Shown here: positions 13,761 through 25,787 of the stretch, piece by piece
Layout: each line of letters starts with the position of its first letter
How positions within the stretch are numbered: position 1 is the stretch's first letter
NCBI GenBank assembly: GCA_026770705.1
Contig: JANJGN010000006.1
Coordinates: 45,136,001-45,200,000, forward strand
DNA: 64,000 nt
From: Isurus oxyrinchus
Taxonomy: Eukaryota
Direction of reading: 5' to 3'
Program-made: the position numbers and the translations under genes
Notes under the pieces: model-generated
Database searches by the model: none
What the model saw: the letters and a program-made list of their open reading frames with translations, nothing else
Told to the model about the DNA's origin: nothing

Positions 13761-16700
13761 GATCACAGGATCACAGAATCACAGAATTTTAACGACACAA
13801 AAGGAGGCTATTTGGCCCATTGTGTCTGCACCGGCTCTCCAAATATGCATTATGACCTAGTGCCATTAGCCTGCCTTTTCCCCATAACCCTGCACATTGT
13901 TTCTATTCAAATATTAATCTAATGCCCTCTTGAATACCTCGATTGAACCTGCCTCCACCACACTTCCAGGCAGTACATTCCAGACCTGAACCACTCGTTG
14001 CGTGAAAGAGTTTTTTTCTCACACCACATTTGCTTGTTTTGCCAATCACTTTAGATATGTGCCCTCTCATTCTTGATCCTTTTATGAACGGGAACAACTT
14101 CTCCCTATCTACTCTGTCCAACCCCTCATGATTTTGAACATCTCTATCAAATCTCTTCTTAGCCTTCTTCTCTCCAAGGAGAACAGTCCCAAGCTCTCCA
14201 ATCTATCCTCATAGCTAAAGTTTCTCATCCCTGGAACCATTCTTGTAAACCTCTTCTCCACTCTCTCCAATGTGTCCACATCGTTCCTATAATGTGGCAC
14301 CCAGAACTGTACACAATACTCCAGCTGAGGTCTAACGAGTGTCTTATATAAATTCAGCATAACATCTTTGCTCTTGTACTCTATGCCCCTATTAATAAAG
14401 CCCAGGAAGCTTTATTAACTGCTCTCTCCAACTATCCTGCCACCTTCAATGATCTCTGCACATATACAACCAGGTCTTTCTGCTCCTGCAGTCCCTTCAA
14501 AATTTCACCCCTTATTTTATACTCTCTCTTGATGTTCTTCCAACCAAAATGTATCACGTCACGCTTCTCCACGTTGAACTTCATCTGCCACCTATCTGGC
14601 CACTCCACCAATTTGTCTATGTCCTCTTGAAGTTCCACACTGTCCTCCCCACAGTTCACAAGCTTTGTATCATCCGCAAGCTTTGAAATTGTCCACTGCA
14701 CACCAAGATCTAGATTATTAATATATATCAGGGGAAGCAAGGGTCCCAATACTGACCCCTGGGGAACTCCACTACAAACCTTCGTCCAGCCCCAAAAATA
14801 TTCATTGACCATTACTCGCTGTTTCCTATTTTGCAGCCAGTTTTGTATCCATGTTTCGACTGTATGTTTTATTCCAAGAGCAATAACTTTCCTCACAAGT
14901 CTGTTGTATGGTGCTGTGTCAAATGCCTTTTCAAAGTCCATGTACACAACATGAACAGCATTCCCTCATCAATCATCTCTGTTGCCTCTTCAAAAGCCTC
15001 TAGCAAGTTAGTTAAACATGATTTCCCTTTTAGAAATCCATGCTGGCTCTTCCTTATCAACACATATTTTTCCACGTGACTACTAATTCTATCCCAAATA
15101 ATTGTTCCTAGAATCTTGCCCACCACTAAAGTCAAACTGACTTGTCTGTAATTGCTGGGCTTATCCTTACAACATTTTTTGAACAAGAGCGTAATGTTTG
15201 CAATTGTCCAGTCATCTGGCATCTTCTCTGAGTCTACGGAAGACTGAAAGGTTATGGCCAGTGCCCCTGCAATTTCTACTCTCACTTCTATCAATAATCT
15301 TGGATTTATTTCATCCAATCCCAGTGCCGTGTCAACTTTAAGTACTAACAGTCTATTCAACACTCCTTCCTTGTGAATTTTGAACCTTTCTAGTGACAGA
15401 CTTTCTTTGTCTGTCACCATGGCCTGGGTAGCATCTACCTCCTTAGTAAAGACGGATGCAAAGTATTCATTTAATACCTCAGCCATGGCCCCTTCATCCA
15501 CGTGTAAATTCTGTGTAAGGTCCCTAATTGGCCCTACTCCTCCTTTTATAACTTTTCTACTATTTATATGTCTATAGAAGACTTTAGGATTCTCCTTTAT
15601 GTTGGTTGACAGTCTTCTCTCATAATCCCTCTTCACTTCTTTAATATGATTTTTCACCTCCCCTCTGAACCTTATGATTCTCATTGTATTTTCTACCTGA
15701 CACCTGTCTTAAGCGCACTTATTCTTCTCTATCTTAATTTCTATTTACTTTTTCATCCAGGTAGCTTTGGATTTGTTTGCCTTACCTTTCACTTTCGATA
15801 GGATATGCCTTGACTGTGCTCAAACCAATTCTTTTTTGAATGTAGCCCATTGTTCAGCTACAGTTTTTCCTGGCAATCTTTCATTCCAGTCTATCTAGCC
15901 TAGCTTTGTTCTTGCCCCATCAAACTTGGCTCTCGTCCGGTTAATTATTCTTACTCTGGATTGCCTATTGTTCTTTTCTATCATCATCCTAAAATGTACA
16001 ATACAATGATCACTGTCTCCTAAATGTTACTCCATTGGCACTTGATCTACCTGGCCCACCTTATTTACAAGAACCAGGTCCAACAGTGCGTCTTTTCTTG
16101 TTGGATTGGACACATACTACTATAGAAAATTCTCCTGAGCACAATTTAGGAATGTTTTCCCCTCTCCACTCTTTACCACCACTGTCCCAGTCTACACTCG
16201 GGTAACTAAAGTCCCCCATTATAACAACCCTATAATGCTTGCATCTCTCTGTCATGTCCCTGCAGATTTGTTCTATATCCTTCTCACTGTTTGGTGGTTT
16301 ATAGACTACACAGAACAATATAATTGTACCCTTTTTTTGTTCCTTAGCTCTAGCCAAATTGATTCTGTCCTTTTACCCTCTGGGGCATCATCTTTCTTTA
16401 GCATTGCAATGTTCTCTTTAACAAATACTGCCCCAATGCCCCCCCACCCCCCCCCCCACCACACCCTTTCCTTCCTTTCCTATCTCTTCTGAACACCTTG
16501 TACCCAAGAATATTTAACACCCAATTCTGCCCTTCCTTGAGCCAGTTCTCTGTTATCGCCACAACATCAAATTTCCATATGACAAACTGCGCCTGTAACT
16601 CCCCAATCTTATTTACTAAAATCAATGCATTCACATACATGCATTGTAACCCTGATTTAGATTTTGTTACTTTCTCCCATGCCCTGATTTTACCTATTAA

Positions 16701-18050
16701 CTTATTATTCTGTTTACTATTGCTATCTGTCCCTCCCAGTATTCCTCTCTAATCTTTTCTCTTCCCACACCGCTGCCGAGTTCGTTTAACGCCCTCCCAG
16801 GAGCACTAGCAAAACACCCCGGAAGGAACACCATTCCAGTTCTGTTCAGGTGCAACCCATCCGCCTTGTACAGGTGCCATCTCCCCCAGAGCCAGTCCCA
16901 GTGTCCCAGGAATCTAAAGCTCTCCCTCCTGCACCGTCTTTCCAGCCACACATTCATCTGCCTTATCTTCCTATTTCAATGCTCACTGGCAGGTGGCACT
17001 AGGAGTAATCTGGAGATTATAACATTAGAGGTCCTGCTTGCTAATTTTTTACCTTGGTCCCTAAATTCTGATTGCAGGACTACATCCCCCTTCCTTCTTA
17101 AGTCATTGGTACCAATGTGGACCACGACCTCTGGCTGATCACCCTCCCCCAGAAGAATGTCTTGCAGCCGCACTGTGACATTCATGACCCTGGCACCAGG
17201 AAGGCAACATACCATCCTGGAGTCACATCTATGGCCACAGAAATGCCTGTCTGTTCCCCTAACCAAAGAATCCCCTATCGCCATAGCTCTTCTTTCTTCT
17301 TCCTTCCCTCCTGTATAGCTGAGTGGCTTTTGCTGCCACAAACTTGGCTCTGACTGCACTTCTCTGGGGAATCAGCGTCCCCACCAGTTTCCAAAATGGA
17401 AAACCAGTTTGTGAGCAGGACCCCAGGGGACTCCTGCACTACCTGCCTAATTCTCTTGGGCTGCCTGGTGGTCACTTATTCCCTCTCTGCCTCCAGGCCC
17501 TTAAGCTGTGATGTGACCACCTCTCTGAATGTGCTATCCACATAGCTCTCAGCCTCATGGATGTCCAACAGTAACTTCAGCTGCCACTCGAGCTCTGAAA
17601 CCTGGAGCTCAAGTTTCTGTACATGTGGTCAGCCAGGACATCAGTAGCATCTGTGACTTCGCACATATTACAGGACACATAGTCCACTCAATTGAGCTGC
17701 CCTGCAATGTTTTACCTCTACTTCCCTTACATTAACTTTATTCTACCAGGATTATTTATATTACTTTATTATATTGGCCCTAAATTTCCCTTATCCCTGG
17801 TGCTTCTCAGTTGAATCCAAGTATAGCAACTTGCTTAAAAATATTATACTTTTCTAATTTAGTCACCAGTTCCTGCTTACCAAGGCCACCGCACTTCTTT
17901 CTGAGAACCTCCTCCCTTCTCACCGAACTCACTCAGTCACCAAACTGAAGCACTTGACTGCAGCCAAAAACAGCACTCCAGTATAGACAAAGTTAGCACT
18001 ATCAGATAGCCTACTTTTATACTCTCTAAACTAGCCTCTGAAAACCTGAT
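13761..18050 (-). mobile_element. Near full-length degenerate CR1 LINE (ORF1 with SGNH esterase; ORF2 APE endonuclease plus RT)
   Basis: ORF1 IGDSLVRG, CCLPGAR, VHIGTND, DGLHLN; EN YVNA..., GDFSYP.VDW; RT QHGF, DFEKAFD, VPQGSVLGP, LADDT; (ATTCTGTG)n tail at 13761-13787. Many stops and frameshifts. Confidence 0.95.
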
Positions 18051-19059
18051 TAAGCCAGTTTTCTAATATGGTCATTTATTTCCTTGTTTGTTGTTGGAGC
18101 TTCCACTCTGCTATATGGTTGCTATTTTACATTTACATCTCTGGCAGAAGAGCAACAGGAACCTGTGCAAATACCAAGGGCTGGATCTAACAGAGGTTGG
18201 TGGGGCGGGGGGAATGTGGGAGGGGGAGGTGTCTCAATAGTCCAAAGGGCAGTCAGCCTAGTGGTTAACTTACTCTCTCCCCGTATTATGGAGAATACAT
18301 GGAGAGTTGTAGGGAAGGAGATGGGCCGGGACCTGACATACCTTATGCGTTCCCCTGCTGAAAAATCTAGCCACATGAATTTACAGCAGCCAAGTTGGGG
18401 AACACTGGTGGAAATTCACCTCTTCATGTTAAAATTTGCAAGTCACCTTTTCCAGAGGTTTGATGAACTGTTCAAGCAATGATCTAAAGCTTGGAAATTC
18501 CACAGAGATTTTCCCACTCACCCATGGTAATTTTAATAAGAGATTGGCAGCACCCCTGGAGAAATTGGGAATACAATTGGTAATAGTTGTTCCAATATTC
18601 CTCTGAACGTTGCACCAGTTTTGGGATGAATGGAGAAAATACCCAAAGCATTTCAGGGCCTAAATCTCCAAAGGTTTCCTAATTTTGCATAACCTGTAAC
18701 ATGACAGGATCTTTAACTTCATGGATCACTGATTTGATTTTGTTGAAGATACTTATTTAAATTTTTATATTTGACTTTTTTTTAGAGTGTTTGACTTATT
18801 TTGTTTTTCTAGTTTCTTTGTAGTGTAACATTTGGATGCCTATAAGCTATTTAAGCACCAACACAGGAACTAGTGAAATTTAAATTTAATTAATTTAAAA
18901 AAATTTGGAATCGAGAGCTAGTCTCAGTGATGGTGACCATGAAACTAATGCACCAGTTAATTTCTTTACCTAGGAAGAGTGTCCTGCAGTCAGCATCATG
19001 GTGAAGCAGTCTGGGAAGATTGTCCTGCAGTTAGCTCTTGTTGAAAATAACAAGAGTGT

Positions 19060-20810
19060 CATCACAAGACAGTGTGAGAGAGCATCGGAGAGATCAGAAC
19101 CAGCATGAGTATGGGGAAGCTTCGAAAAGTAACATCAGCTAAAAGGTGAGAGCTGATTGGTGACTAGTGGGTAAATGTTTCTCTCCAGTTTTTTTTTTCC
19201 AGTTTAAAATAGATTAAGCTAAGGAAAGGTAAGGGTTCTGGTTTTTATTTAAAGTACATAAAAAATGTAACTTTTTTTACTGTATTTAACTTAAAGAAAG
19301 GGTATTTTTTTCAAATAGAGGCATGGCAGGGCAACTGTTTTATATACTGGCTGCAACATGCGGGAAATCCTAGATGCTCCTTGTGCTCTGACCAACCAAG
19401 TGTGCAGGAAGTGCCACCAGCTGCAGCTACTTGCGCTCTGAGTTTCGGAGCTTGAGTGGCAGCTGGAGGCACTGAGGTGCCTCCCTGAGGCTGAGAGTTT
19501 CGTATATAGCACATTTTTAGACATGGTCACCCCACAGCTTATGGAGGTGCAAACAGAGAAGGAATTGGTGACCATCAGTCAGAAGAAAGGTGTCAGATAG
19601 GTAGTCATGAAATCCTCAAGACGCATCTCGCTTGAGGACTGTTTATCTGTGTTGGAAAATGGTGAAAGTGACGGTTCCTCTGGGGAGTGCAGCCTAAATC
19701 TGCACTCTGCAGATCATGGCAGTGGGAGTGGCTCAGCTGCACAGGGGGAGAGGAAAAAGAGGGGAAGAGCAATAATGATACGGGACACAATAGCAAGAGG
19801 AACATACAGGCGTTTCTGTAGCCGTATAGGTGACTCCAGGATGGTACATTGCTTCCCTGGTGCCAGGGTCCAGGATGTCACTGAACAGCTGCAGGGCATT
19901 CTAAAGGGGGAGGGCAAACAGACAGAGATCGTGGTGCATATTGGTACCAATGACATAGGTAGAAAGAGGGATGAGGTCCTGCAAGCAGAATTTAGGGAAC
20001 TAGGAAACATTAAAAAACAGGACCTCAAAGGTAGTAATCTCTGGATTACTTCCGGTGCCATGGGCTAGTGAGTATAGAAATAGGAGGTTAGTCCGGATGA
20101 ATGCATGGCTGGAGAGCTGGTGCGAGGAAAGGCTTTAGATTTCTGGGACATTGTGACCGTTTCTGGGGGTGATGGGACCTGTACAAGGCGGATGGGTTGC
20201 ACCTGAACCGGAATGGGATCAACATCCTTGTGGGGAGGTTTGCTAGTGCTGTTGGGGAGGGTTTAAATTAACTTGGCAAAGGTATTGGATCCTGAGAGGG
20301 GGTTCAGCAGGGGAAGATGCACAGCCAAAATTAGAAGAGAGAGCAAATGAGTCTGGAAGGCATGAGCATTTAGTTATGAGGAGAGATTGGATAGACAGGG
20401 GTTATTTTCCTTGGAACAGAGGAGGGGACATTATTGAGGTGTATAAAATTATAAGGGGCATAGATAGGGTACGCAGCAAGGAACTTTTCCCCTTGGTAGA
20501 GGGATCAATAACCAGGGGGCATAGATTTAAGGTAAGGGGCAGGAGGTTTAGAGAGAATGTGAGGAAGAACTTTTTCACCCATAGGGTGGTGGAAATCTGG
20601 AACTCACTGCCTGAAAGGGTGGTAGAGGCAGAAACCCTCATAACATTTAAGAAGTATTTGGATATGCACGCGCGATGCCATGGCATACAAGGTTATGGGC
20701 CTAATGCTGGAAAATGGGATTAGAATAGTTAGGTACTTGTTTGACTGGTGCAAACCCACTGGGCTAAAGGTCCTTTTTCTGTACTGTAGACCTCTATGAC
20801 TCCATGACTA
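19060..20810 (+). mobile_element. Internally deleted CR1: 5'UTR plus ORF1 joined to the last ~110 codons of ORF2 and the 3' tail
   Basis: ORF1 from ATG ~19323 with Cys-pair/zipper and esterase motifs (HCFPGAR, VHIGTND, DGLHLN); jumps at ~20370 to SYEERL...TRGH..K...FFTHRVV..WNSLP; tail CTCTATGACTCCATGACT. Confidence 0.85.
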
Positions 20811-20992
20811 AAATTGCTCTTCCAAGCAGATTTCTAGTCCCTTTTCTTCAAGGACTTAACCAATTCTCCACAGGCAGCAGCTTCTGCGTAACAGGATTCC
20901 ACCCATGAAATCTTCCCTTTGTGGCATACCTCTTTCCTTTCTTCTTTCTGCCTTTGCCTGCTTTCTCTTTGTGACTGCCACAGGATTTCCAG

Positions 20993-21615
20993 CGGCAGAA
21001 TTTTCACCTTGGTGGGCAGGCGTGCACCTGACCTGCTGAAGCGTAAAATGATGTGCGATGATGTCAGGTGAGCATCCCAACGTCAACACACAGTTTTGCA
21101 GTCATCTGGTCAGCGGGAATTGGCAGTGCGCCTGCCGATAATTAGAAGGCCTATTAAGACCATCTAAGTATTAACTAACTTAAATTTTTCGCTGCCCGTC
21201 CAACCTTACAGTTGGCAAGCAGGCAAAAAGGCCAGTCGGCTATTGCACTTTTTTGGAAACCTCATCCACGGGCAGAATGAGGTTTTCCAACATCAAATAA
21301 AAATATAATAACATTTTTAAAATTTAATTTATAACATGTCCCCACTCATGTGACAGAGTAACATGAGGGGGCATGTTTTATAACACTTTTAAAAATCTTT
21401 ATGTCTAATTTTTAAAATTCTTCATCTCCCTGAGGCAGCTCTGCGCTCCTCCCCCCCACACACAGGCAGTGCTGAGGGCTGCTATTCGCGTTTTGCACCG
21501 GGTGGGCATTAATTGGCTCGCTAGCATGAAATCGTGGTCCCGCCCTGATGATGGGTGGCGGCCAGCTTCCTGACTGCCCTTGCCAAGCCCGCCTGACAAG
21601 GGCAAAATTCTGCAT
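20993..21615. mobile_element. Harbinger-type MITE (~620 bp)
   Basis: TIRs CGGCAGAATTTT / AAAATTCTGCAT; CAG TSD at 20990-20992 and 21616-21618; related to copies at 42974 and 45320. Confidence 0.8.
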
Positions 21616-24416
21616 CAGGTTTTTAACCTCCTTCCTATTAGTACTGCTTCCAGATCAAGGGTTGCCAGATCACTTGGATAAATATTTCTTATGTAACATG
21701 GGATTGAAGTACACAGAATGCATGGAAGTTCCATATATAGTGATCTTTTATTTCACCAACAACATACCTATAAGTACACTCATGAAAAAGTTTATCCTAA
21801 AGAAATAAATTTCTTACAAATTTTCCTTACTGTTACTGCTTCTGGATCAAAGAGTGTCACAGTTCAATGGTTTTCTGCATGAGTTTCATTACCCATGGCA
21901 ATCGGATCGCATGGGTATGTCTCCAAGCTGAGGTGTTTATCTAGAATTGTCTGTTTTACTTTGGTATAGAAGCATATTTCAAAACATAACCACCTTGCAG
22001 AGTTCAATGTTCATGACAGTGACATATTATACTTATAAATTAAATTACATTCAATTGAGATATTTTGGCCTTGGATGATGTGAGTGGCAAGACTTTCAAT
22101 CGTACATTGTATCTTCAACGTCTGCCCCTCTGAGTAATGTAATGAAAAAGCTGAAAATGTGTGTAAAGTTTTGACTTAGACCGTGTTAACAGGCGGTAAT
22201 GGGCCATCTACCTGATACATGGTAGTCAGACACTTTTACCTTGTCATATTCTTGAAAGCGTGTTATTTTCTTATGCACCTGTTCCAAGATCCTGAGCATG
22301 GTCATCATCTGCTGACAGGAATAATGAACTACTGTCCTCCGGGGAGGATGGTCGAAAGTGAAAATCAGGACAACATTCCATGCACCACCATATGCAGCTG
22401 CACATTCATTCTGCTGAACGTCAAACAAGTGTTTGGGTGCAAAAGGGTTCTGCAAGTCAACACATTCTTTTCTATGCCTTGACATTGTTTTTTCTTTCAC
22501 ATAATTTCTTGACCTATCCCCATTGCAATTAATACCCACTGAAGGGCCTCATCCCACTGCCACTGGTATTCAATGAGTGGCAGGCGGGGCAGTCACCATG
22601 TGGGAAGCCCAAAAAGCAAACCCTGTCTTGCGGGCGAGAGGGATCCTTCATTCAAAAGCATTTGGGGCCTGCTTGAGGGACCCGGCATAGGGAAAGCTAT
22701 TGAAAGTCACCCCACTGGCTGTGTTGCTAACCCCTCAATCCTCCCTCAACTGTGACCTCCCCCCACCCCATGATTCCCCTCTCTGCCCTCATTCACCTAT
22801 GGCCTGGGTCCCTCGGTGACCCTCGGCCTCTCCATTGTTGCATTGCTGGCAGTTGTCACTGCTGCCACTGGTGCTGTCTGCAATGGACAGTTTTCAGATC
22901 CTGATTGGCCTACAGCTATCAGAGCACAGGATTTCCTCCCCTAGGGTCCTTAATCCTGGGGAAACCTAGCTGCTGGGCACTTAAGTTCCTGTTCAGCACT
23001 TAATTTGGCGGGCCTTCCCCAAAGGAGGCTACATGGGGTTCCCGGTGGCTTTCCAGCCGACGGGTGAGTCCCCTTGCCTCAATTAAATGACACCTATCAT
23101 TTGCAATCATGTGCAGTTACTTACCTTAAATTAGCCATGCAAATCCTTTCAATTTTAACTTGCCAGCCAGATTTTATGACAAACCTATTACCTTCACTTG
23201 TATATAAGGCCAACGCTGCACAGGCAGCTATTAATAATTATTCAAATGAACTGACCAAAATGAATTGCAGAATGTTTGCTCACTGCACAGTTAGCCAACT
23301 TGGTCCCAGCAGCTAGGCAGAAAAGCCTGGCATGGAAATCAGCCATCATCTTTGGAAGGTAAAGTCAAAAATGCATGTATGATTGGGGGACAGTGGGAGG
23401 GCAGAAACCGATATGATTAGCAATGTGGGCAGGGTGGAGGGGAGATGTTTTAATATTCAAAGGATCCATAATCTTTTTTATATTTGTTTACTGTCGACTT
23501 TTTTACAAACTTAATTTCTATTGCTGCCAGACTTCACAGCAGTAGCTCTGGCACAAAACAGTAAAAAGCAATTAGATTGATTTGAACGGTTCAATTTCTG
23601 TCTAGTTTTAACACACTTCTGAGGCAATTAGTATCCTCATTACTGGCTGCTCTTAATTGAAGGTGGATGGAAAACCTCTGTTCAATTAAGTCAATAAGCA
23701 GTTAATTCATATCCTGGTCTGCGTTCATTCTTCTTGTAAATAAGATCAATATTTGTTCTCATACACCTCAATAACTTATTACTTACAGCTTCCTGCTTGT
23801 CATTTAGACGGCAAGATTTTAGTGCCATCTATATAGAGCAATTCTGTGAAGTTACAAGCCAATAAGCCCAGTTTCATTATGGTTTTAGGGCACCTGCCTT
23901 ATAAAAAGAGAGGGGAAGCCAAGCAGGAATGCTATAAACATATTATGAACACATTATAAGCAACACATAAAAGGTTTGCAGCAACTTCTCACTTGTGTTC
24001 TCAACTACTGTTATTAGGAAACAAAGAGAGTGATTTCCTGATATGCAGGCATTGGGATACTTCAGACACTTTTCTGGCAGAAAGATCTGTCAGCCTACCA
24101 TGGAGAAGGAAAGGTTCAGATCCCAATATTCAACACCTTAAATTACATTTGTACTAATTAAAGGCATTTGATCGAGAGCTACTTGAAATCATTCAGATCT
24201 GCAGCCTCAACTAACAAGAAGGAGGCTCTTTCAAGTTTCCAATGTAAAATATTGTAATGAATGATACTTCACTGTTGACAGTAAAGATCATGACCCTGAA
24301 TAATCATGGCTGTGGTATAACAAGTGCACTCCCAGTGCTTGTCCACCTGTGCTGCAAGAACAGCCAGCACCTAGCATTCTTTAGGGAAATGTTTCTAAAG
24401 GCCCCCTTCAGATTCT

Positions 24417-25027
24417 GGGTGAAATATTTTTAGGCAAGGGGAGGCAGGTTTGGGTGTGCGCGGGGTGTTAAATTGACCTAACTGTTAGGATCAGCCTGCA
24501 TAAAACATTGCTTCAGCCTCAACGGTAGCATTGCATCCAATTCTGGGCATCTCACTTTATAGAAAGGATGTAAAGGCTCGAGACAGGGTGCAGAAAGGGA
24601 CGAGAATGGCAGCGGTGGCAGAGAGGTGCCAGCCAATCAAAGGCTGGCAGCATTTTTGCTCAGCAATGTCACTGAGGGGTGATGGCTGCTACAGAAACGA
24701 CAGTCACCAGTTGCCTAGGATCAAGGAGAGACCCAGGCCACAGGGAAAGTAAAAGCAGAAGCAGGTCTCGCAGAATGGGGGTCATGGTGTAGGATGCTGT
24801 AAAGGAGTGCAGGGAGGTTGGAAGCAAGGATGGGGTGGGCAGCACTCTCAGCAGATCCATCCCCCTTCCCAATGCTGGGTCCCTCAAGTAGGTCCTTTGA
24901 AGGAGGCCCCCAAGGCCCCCATCATGGGAGATGATGAGCAACTGGTACAGATTTACTTGTCGTAATCCCCACAAGGCTACAGGCCTGCCCGTAGCCGGGT
25001 CAATATCAGCAGAGAAAGGATGAGGCC
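24417..25027. mobile_element. Harbinger-type non-autonomous element, left part (right part ~32049-32238), host of the Gypsy insertion
   Basis: Ends GGGTGAAATATT and AAGATTCCACCC are imperfect TIRs; TTAATTGCCCACTTAA motif shared with other MITEs in the window. Confidence 0.55.
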
Positions 25028-25263
25028 TGTTACAGAGTTGATCTTCAGACAACTTTTCTTATTAGAAACATTTGGTTTTATTTACAATAGAGCAGTGGCA
25101 ACTATATGCATCAAAAAAACTCCATAACTAAAAGACGTACTCTCCCTGTAAAGGTTCCCCGCGCTGCTATTGCATTGGTTGATACAGATCATGTGATCTT
25201 ACATCACAGGATTATTCTTAAAGCTATAGTCCAACATTTCCCAAAACTATAATTATTACTACA
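25028..25263 (-). repeat. 3' LTR of the Gypsy element
   Basis: Direct repeat of 31821-32048, abutting the polypurine tract. Confidence 0.92.
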
Positions 25264-25787
25264 TTCCTCCTCCTTTAACTTTTCTGAACATTTTGTATTT
25301 ACAAGGATATTTATCTCATGACATTACAATATTTACACAGGTCATGGAATTACAAGTTCAGGCTTTCAGGCGGCTTCCTGATCCGTGTGGAATGTTGCAG
25401 TTCCAGGACTTCAGATTCTTTTGTAGTAAACACATTCCCTGGAACCACATTAAATTCTGATACCTCATTAGGCACATTCAGTTCATTGTCTTCCACTCTG
25501 ACAAAGACATCAGGCATGTCTATCCTTGGTTAAACATCTTCAACAGAAATCAGTGGTTCCATCATCGTTACAGGTAGAACAATATCTTATTGTGTTATCT
25601 CTCTTTCTCTTAAATGATCCACATACTTACGGGTCTTCCATTTCCATATGGTATCACAGTGGTCCGGTCACTGAATTCACTTTACCAGGAAACCACTTCA
25701 GTCCTCCATCGAAATTCTTGACATATACTGCATCTCCAACAGTAAATTTTCTCTCACAACTGTGCAAATCATGAGTCGCTTTTTGGT

